From the NCBI GenBank assembly GCA_031288595.1, contig JAITRB010000017.1:1-11583 (forward strand): a stretch of 11,583 nucleotides of DNA, read 5' to 3'. The position numbers and the translations under genes are program-made. The notes under the pieces were generated by a model. The model had not been told where the DNA came from and did not search any database. It saw only the letters and a list, made by a program, of their open reading frames with translations. The stretch is from Puniceicoccales bacterium (GTDB lineage: Bacteria; Verrucomicrobiota; Verrucomicrobiia; Opitutales; JAIRLG01). Shown here in pieces: positions 7,267 to 11,583 of the stretch. The number at the start of each line of letters is the position of its first letter. Within the stretch, counting starts at the first letter, position 1.

Positions 7267-7313
7267 AAATCTTCGGACTTTTCAGATGGGGGCGAAACGC
7301 TAGCACCTGGGAG

Positions 7314-8372
7314 ATGCGATCCGCCACCATCGGTGTCATTGGGGCCAGTGGCCTTGTGGGGCAGGAGATCCTCGGCTGGCTCCAGCGCTTCCGCTACCCA
7401 TTGGAATCCGTTCGGGCATTGGCCTCGGAGCGCTCAGCCGGCCGGCGGCTATCCATAGGCTCTTGGGACTGGGAGGTCGAGGCGCTGACAGAGGAGCGGC
7501 TGGAGGGACTCGACCTGGCCCTCTTCGCGACGGAAGCCGAGGTCAGCCGGCACTGGATCCCTGTCGCCCATCGGCACGGCGTCCGCTGCATCGACAGCAG
7601 CTCCGCCTTCCGCCAAGATCCGTCGGTGCCGCTGCTCATCCCCGAGATCAATGGGGAACAGCTGGCCTCCCATCCGTCCCTCGTGGCCAGTCCCAATTGC
7701 TCGGCCACCCTCGCGCTGCTGGCCCTTGCCCCGTTGCACCGTGCTTTTGGCCTGAAAAGTTTCTCGGCCTGCACCTACCAGGCAGTGTCCGGTGTCGGGA
7801 GGGATGGCCTACGGGCGCTGGCTCAGGAGCGGGCAAATTCTGAAAAGTTTTCGGAAATCTTTTCCGACCGGATCGAGCAGAATATCCTCGCCACCATAGG
7901 GGAAATCCAGCCGAACGGTTTTGCGGCGGAAGAGGAGAAAATGGTCCATGAGAGCCGGAAAATTCTCGACCTTCCGGAACTTGGCGTCGTAGCCACCTGC
8001 GTGCGCGTACCGGTGGAACGGGCTCATTCGCTCGCGATTCAGGCACACTTTGCAGAGCCCGTCGACCTGGCAGCGGCCGAAGATGCGCTGCGCCATGCCA
8101 AGAGCCTGCGCTATACCCCTGAATGGCTCCCAACTCCTCTCCGCTGCGCCCGCAACGAGGACTGCTATGTCTCCCGCCTACGGCTCGTCCCGCCAAGGGC
8201 TGGCGATCACGACGAAACTCAGGTCATCGATAGCCATGATCTCCTCCTCTGGGTCGTCGGCGACCAGCTCTGGTCCGGCGCCGCCCTCAACGTCGTCCGC
8301 TTGGTAAATCTCCTCCTGCGGGACTGCTTCCCTCACAATCTCAATTCCAGTCCTCTGAAACTGCAAATTTGA
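7314..8372 (+). CDS. asd: Aspartate-semialdehyde dehydrogenase
   Basis: The product has the Rossmann motif IGVIGASGLVGQE directly after ATG 7314, the active-site motif SPNCSAT, YQAVSGVGRDG, RVPVERAHSLAI (catalytic His) and the C-terminal LWVVGDQLWSGAALN. The open frame extends to TTG 7263, but that would add an atypical 17-aa N-terminal extension. Confidence 0.93.
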   Translation: MRSATIGVIGASGLVGQEILGWLQRFRYPLESVRALASERSAGRRLSIGSWDWEVEALTEERLEGLDLALFATEAEVSRHWIPVAHRHGVRCIDSSSAFRQDPSVPLLIPEINGEQLASHPSLVASPNCSATLALLALAPLHRAFGLKSFSACTYQAVSGVGRDGLRALAQERANSEKFSEIFSDRIEQNILATIGEIQPNGFAAEEEKMVHESRKILDLPELGVVATCVRVPVERAHSLAIQAHFAEPVDLAAAEDALRHAKSLRYTPEWLPTPLRCARNEDCYVSRLRLVPPRAGDHDETQVIDSHDLLLWVVGDQLWSGAALNVVRLVNLLLRDCFPHNLNSSPLKLQI

Positions 8373-8460
8373 GGGGTTAATCCTACTGATCTTGTTTTGG
8401 GGATATCTTTTCCGAGAAAAGCTTGCCCTTCTTCGCCCTAATAGACTTTCCTGCAGAGCC

Positions 8461-8485
8461 CCTCTCAGCTGAGAGGCTTTTATTT
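8461..8485 (+). terminator. Rho-independent terminator downstream of asd
   Basis: The perfect palindrome CCTCTC (8461-8466), AGCT loop and GAGAGG (8471-8476) is followed by CTTTTATTT (8477-8485). It lies 89 nt after the asd stop codon. Confidence 0.6.
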
Positions 8486-9011
8486 GGATGCTGCTCTGAA
8501 TGCTTCCGTCCTGCTTCCCTTGGCTTTGAACTAGGCCTTAGTGCTTCCTAGGGGATGAGCTCTTGATTTAAAATGAAAATGATCGATCTCGGGTCTGTTT
8601 AGATTACCTGGACGCTGAAGTCATCGAAATCGAACCCAAAAACTGGGCTTGGATTCTCCTGATTCTGTCGGTGCTTGAGCTGGGTTTCCTCTGGGAAAGA
8701 GCTGTCCTCATTTCTGGAATGATGGATATTGGGAATCTTCCCCAAATCGAGGATGAGCGAGGAGGCCTGCTCGTGTTAAGAACCGGAATGCCTGGAGGCA
8801 TTTGCCACGTATGTACGCCGTTGTCTGCTTCGTGAAGGGGGCGTTCTTGAAGGTACTGGTTCAGAGCGGATCTCAAGAGGGCAGCTCATGCTCTGTCTCT
8901 CCGGGAGCTAGGTGATTCTGTGAGATAAGACCGGAGGAACTATTCCTCCCGTGTTCTTGTGTTTCGTGTGGGGAATTGAGAGGGAGCGATCTGGCTTGAT
9001 GGTGGGCGTCC

Positions 9012-9338
9012 GTGATTTCTCTTCTTGGTACAGAACTATCCTATCTAGACCACGCTGCTCTGCTTGTGGATTTCCTTGAAAGATTGGGTGGAAAAATAGA
9101 GCACCGGGATCCGGGGGAAGAAAATCGCCGGGATCGTAGCTCTCCGGTTCGAGATGAGGCCATCAAGGATCTCGTGAATGCGTCGGCGATGGCCAAAATG
9201 AGGGCATTCGGAGCTCCTGTTTCAGGAATGAAAAGAGGTGTATGGGTCGACGCGACGGAGTTTGCGCAAGACTATACCCCCCTTTTCTTTCGACGCAGAG
9301 ATGGTTTTGTTCTCTGCAGCGGAACCTTTCCCTGCTAG
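9012..9338 (+). CDS. Hypothetical protein (108 aa, GTG start), doubtful
   Basis: This is the only ORF of 60 codons or more in the 8880-9430 gap. Its composition is protein-like (ELSYLDHAALLVDFLERLGGKIEH...). It has no RBS and no recognisable motif, and it converges on the 621-aa gene. Confidence 0.25.
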   Translation: MISLLGTELSYLDHAALLVDFLERLGGKIEHRDPGEENRRDRSSPVRDEAIKDLVNASAMAKMRAFGAPVSGMKRGVWVDATEFAQDYTPLFFRRRDGFVLCSGTFPC

Positions 9339-9431
9339 AGCTTAGGCCGCTATTCCCACAGCTCTTTGGCTGAAAGCAGGGGCTGTTCCTGGAGTTCGGA
9401 TAGAGAGCGCTCAGAAAATGTTGCCTGCCTC

Positions 9432-11297
9432 TTAGTGGCCCATGAGGGCATGGAGCTCCATGAAAGGGTTTTTCGGCTTTGGCCGTTCGTTGCCATGCCT
9501 GTTTTCCCAGGCGGCGTGCATGGCCGCGACAAGCTCGGGGAGCGTTATATTGGCTGCGCTGTGGGATTGGACACTATCCATATCGCCTATATCGAACTTG
9601 TTTTCCAAAAGGATGTGCAGCGTTACAATAGCCGTCACCTCCGAGTCCCATGGTCTTTGGTCGCTATATTGCTTGCAATACTGCATGCATTTGCCCATTA
9701 CGACCGAGAAGAATGAACAGCTCACATCGTGATTGTCCGTTCCGGCGATGGGGCAGTTATTCGGTGAGGCGATCCAGATTCTGTCATCCGCGCCATTGCC
9801 AGTGTGCGTATGGACCTTCTTCAGACAAAATCCAGACGGTAGTGGGGCTGTGAAATGAGAAGTCCCCTGCTCGTTTGCGTTGTTCGCAAATTGCGCTCCA
9901 TAGAGCCGCATCGCGAAAAGCCCGCACACAAGGTCTTTTGCGCCACGTTGACAGGGCATGTTGGCCACTGCATAATGGGGCCGGAGGCAGTGAATCTTCT
10001 GTTCCCCTGGCATGTAGGGTTGAATGTTAACCTGGAAGCGTAATCTGGCAAATGGGGCATTGGGGTTGAAGAGAAGGTCTTGAAGGGCCTGCGGCAGTGC
10101 TTGGGTATTGAAGCGCGATTGGCAATATTTTTTCAATTCATTTCCTTTGGCACGCTGGTCCCAAACTAGATTGGCCAAGAGCGGCAAGAGCGACGCGGAC
10201 ATTGCATGGAAACGAGTATAGGCGTGGGCGTAAACTGCCTCTTGAAACAAGAAGCTTCCGTATAGCTGGGAAGGCCTAAGCTCTAGATCTGAGAAAAATT
10301 TTTTATTCGAGGCCTTGGCTTGCAATGCTCTCCTCGGCTGTTCCTCTCTTGGGCTTGGCGAGGGTCGTTCCACCGTGGCCGGTGATAGGAGCGTCAGGAG
10401 GGAATCCGTAGCGCTTGCCAGGGCTGTGAAATGCTCCGATGACGTGGTCCCCTCTCTTCTGTCGAGGGCAGGGCGATTGCTCTTTTGGGCGCACTCTGCT
10501 TTCAGCGCCCGTAGCTTACCCGGGATCACCGTTTGCAGCAACGTCCTCTGTGCGTCGGATGCATTGAGTTTCTGGCCAGGCTTGGGGGCGTAGTAGAGAC
10601 AGAGGATGGAGCCGTAACTTCCCGCGCCGATGTACGGACCCTGGACGCTGAGGGCAAAGACCCGAGAGTCGTTGGATTTGAGACGAATTTTCCTCAAATC
10701 TGCCGAACTGTTCCTGCGTCGCAAGATCCAGCCGTTTGGCAGGGAGCGATACCGGGTGCCCGGCATATCGTCCCAGGGACATTCCCATTCAGCAGCGCCG
10801 TAGAGCTTGACCGCGAACATTGCCTCCTGTCCCACACCTCCCAGGGAGGGGAAAGGAAAAATCAGCTCTGCCTGATCCGATTCGGTGATGAAAATCTGTA
10901 GGCCGTAGTGGGAATAGGGCAATTGGAAATCTCTCCCGGAGCACCGAAAATCGTTCAGAGGATTGCCTTGGGGAAAGGGAATGCGGGCAAAATCCTCTGT
11001 CCAGGCTTTGACGACGTCATTCCTTTCGGCCTTTTTATGCCGATAATGCACCTCTGTCCAGTGGGCCTCAAAAACAGGGAGATTGCTGTTTGAGCTCAGT
11101 CCAACGTGCCAGTCTTCCACGGTCTGGCGGCTCGGTGCTCGATGGATGTCCGTCACTTCCGGTTTGAAGTGGATCCATGTCTCACGCTCATTTGTCCGGA
11201 AGGCCCGGGACAGACCAAAGGTGTCGAAGTCAGCCAGGCAGAGACTCGTGGCCTGCCAGGCCATCGGGATTAGGAAGAGGTACGTTGAGCGCTTCAT
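9432..11297 (-). CDS. Secreted orphan protein (621 aa) with a Sec signal peptide, two domains and a Cys-rich C-terminal half
   Basis: It starts at ATG 11297. The N-terminus MKRSTYLFLIPMAWQATSLCLA/DFD has a basic n-region, a hydrophobic core and a small-residue cleavage site (nt 11232-11297). A low-complexity Ser/Pro/Arg linker covers about residues 265-333 (nt about 10299-10505). The last 230 residues contain nine Cys. I recognise no catalytic motif. Confidence 0.85.
   Translation of the reverse strand: MKRSTYLFLIPMAWQATSLCLADFDTFGLSRAFRTNERETWIHFKPEVTDIHRAPSRQTVEDWHVGLSSNSNLPVFEAHWTEVHYRHKKAERNDVVKAWTEDFARIPFPQGNPLNDFRCSGRDFQLPYSHYGLQIFITESDQAELIFPFPSLGGVGQEAMFAVKLYGAAEWECPWDDMPGTRYRSLPNGWILRRRNSSADLRKIRLKSNDSRVFALSVQGPYIGAGSYGSILCLYYAPKPGQKLNASDAQRTLLQTVIPGKLRALKAECAQKSNRPALDRREGTTSSEHFTALASATDSLLTLLSPATVERPSPSPREEQPRRALQAKASNKKFFSDLELRPSQLYGSFLFQEAVYAHAYTRFHAMSASLLPLLANLVWDQRAKGNELKKYCQSRFNTQALPQALQDLLFNPNAPFARLRFQVNIQPYMPGEQKIHCLRPHYAVANMPCQRGAKDLVCGLFAMRLYGAQFANNANEQGTSHFTAPLPSGFCLKKVHTHTGNGADDRIWIASPNNCPIAGTDNHDVSCSFFSVVMGKCMQYCKQYSDQRPWDSEVTAIVTLHILLENKFDIGDMDSVQSHSAANITLPELVAAMHAAWENRHGNERPKPKNPFMELHALMGH
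9453..9530. repeat. Copy A of an imperfect direct repeat (3' end of the 621-aa gene)
   Basis: GAGCTCCATGAAAGGGTTTTTCGGCTTTGGCCGTTCGT (9453-9490) aligns with 11365-11401. A second shared block, CAGGCGGCGTG at 9508-9518, aligns with CAGGCGCCGTG at 11419-11429 at nearly the same offset (27 versus 28 nt). Confidence 0.7.
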
Positions 11298-11335
11298 GGA
11301 AATAAGGGCGTTGAGGTTTCTACTTGGGCTAAAGT

Positions 11336-11482
11336 CTATTTCCCCTCACCTGCGGTGAATGGCAGAGCTCCGTGAGGGGTTTTCGGCTTTGGCCTTATCG
11401 TCAAGGCGCTTGATCTCTCAGGCGCCGTGGAGCATTGCGGCGGGATCAAGAGCGGCGTTCCGGCAGGAAGTACAGGTTTCAT
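11336..11482 (-). other. Upstream small ORF (48 aa from ATG 11482), either a leader peptide or a decayed remnant of a paralogue's 3' end
   Basis: It encodes MKPVLPAGTPLLIPPQCSTAPERSSALTIRPKPKTPHGALPFTAGEGK. Its RPKPKTP matches ERPKPKNP at the C-terminus of the downstream 621-aa protein. An in-frame TAG at 11533-11535 bounds the frame upstream. Confidence 0.25.
11365..11445. repeat. Copy B of the imperfect direct repeat (in the 5' leader of the 621-aa gene)
   Basis: GAGCTCCGTGAGGGGTTTTCGGCTTTGGCCTTATCGT (11365-11401) has a 15-nt exact core, TTTTCGGCTTTGGCC, shared with copy A (9470-9484 and 11380-11394). A 2-nt indel relative to copy A breaks frame conservation. Confidence 0.7.
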
Positions 11483-11503
11483 GCGTTTCTCTCTAGAATC
11501 TCT

Positions 11504-11531
11504 ATAATATTCTAAAAGAGGCATGTGTCTA
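11504..11531 (-). promoter_or_regulatory. Sigma70-like promoter for the 621-aa gene
   Basis: Read on the minus strand, the -35 is TAGACA (11531 to 11526, 5/6), the spacer is 16 nt, and the -10 is TATTAT (11509 to 11504, 5/6). It sits in the most AT-rich patch of the window. The predicted start near 11497 gives a leader of about 200 nt. Confidence 0.45.
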
Positions 11532-11583
11532 TCCTAAAAGCTCCTGTAAAGCTTAACTTGTCGGCGGGAGCTTCCCACGTAGG

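Noticed and set aside
5561-8366. Numerous 60-180-codon ORFs on both strands inside pyrG and asd (for example 6350-6781 minus and 7648-8196 minus)
   Set aside because: They overlap two genes identified with near certainty and are typical GC-rich shadow ORFs.
8604-8876. 90-codon minus-strand ORF in the asd-downstream gap
   Set aside because: Its composition is Arg/Ser/Pro-rich and it has no RBS. It is exactly antisense to an equally long plus-strand open frame, so neither can be supported as a gene. It is reported only as part of the gap finding.
9146-9152. GGTTCGA, resembling a tRNA or tmRNA T-loop
   Set aside because: The flanking sequence does not form a T-arm stem, and no acceptor, D or anticodon arms can be drawn. 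It is not a tRNA.
11016-11039. HKKAERND in the 621-aa protein matches the phospholipase D HxK(x)4D motif
   Set aside because: The extended motif (the Gly and Asn positions downstream) is absent, and there is no second HKD copy as required in PLD-family enzymes. It is most likely coincidental.
9350-11358. Plus-strand ORFs (9366-9716, 9442-9732, 10315-10593, 10533-10901 and others) and short minus-strand off-frame ORFs overlapping the 621-aa gene
   Set aside because: The 621-codon minus-strand frame with a proper signal peptide explains the region, and the others are short shadows.
11503-11508. Perfect TATAAT on the plus strand
   Set aside because: There is no acceptable -35 element at 16-18 nt spacing upstream on the plus strand, and only about 75 nt of window follow it. 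The same AT-rich patch fits a minus-strand promoter with both elements.
11512-11583. Minus-strand frame open to the right window edge (..PTWEAPADKLSFTGAFRIDTCLF, stop at 11512-11514)
   Set aside because: Only 23 codons are visible. That is too short to tell the 3' end of a real gene from chance, and it overlaps the predicted promoter.

Overview
This window is moderately GC-rich bacterial chromosomal DNA. Three housekeeping genes are recognisable with high confidence. They are a rhomboid-family intramembrane serine protease (230-871, minus), CTP synthase pyrG (5525-7129, plus) and aspartate-semialdehyde dehydrogenase asd (7314-8372, plus). Three large genes with no family I can recognise are interleaved with them. 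Two are tandem plus-strand ORFs of about 670 and 700 aa (1066-3084 and 3291-5390). They have no signal peptide or classical transmembrane helix and have Ser/Thr/Ala/Gly-rich N-termini. The first carries a seven-proline run followed by a WH2-like helix ending in LKRV, which is the layout of bacterial actin-nucleating effectors such as TarP, VopL/F, Sca2 and BimA. That makes the pair the best candidate for an undescribed host-directed effector or translocator module. The third orphan is a 621-aa Sec-signal-bearing, Cys-rich protein (9432-11297, minus). It is bracketed by an imperfect direct repeat of its own 3' end and preceded by a strong sigma70-like promoter and a roughly 200-nt leader. The extreme left edge holds a helically phased array of DnaA boxes (9-103), which suggests an oriC segment or a DnaA-controlled region. 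About 1 kb between asd and the secreted-protein gene (8373-9431) has no convincing gene. I found no tRNA, rRNA, CRISPR array, transposase or integrase. All functional calls for the orphan genes are hypotheses from motif reading and need profile or structure searches.
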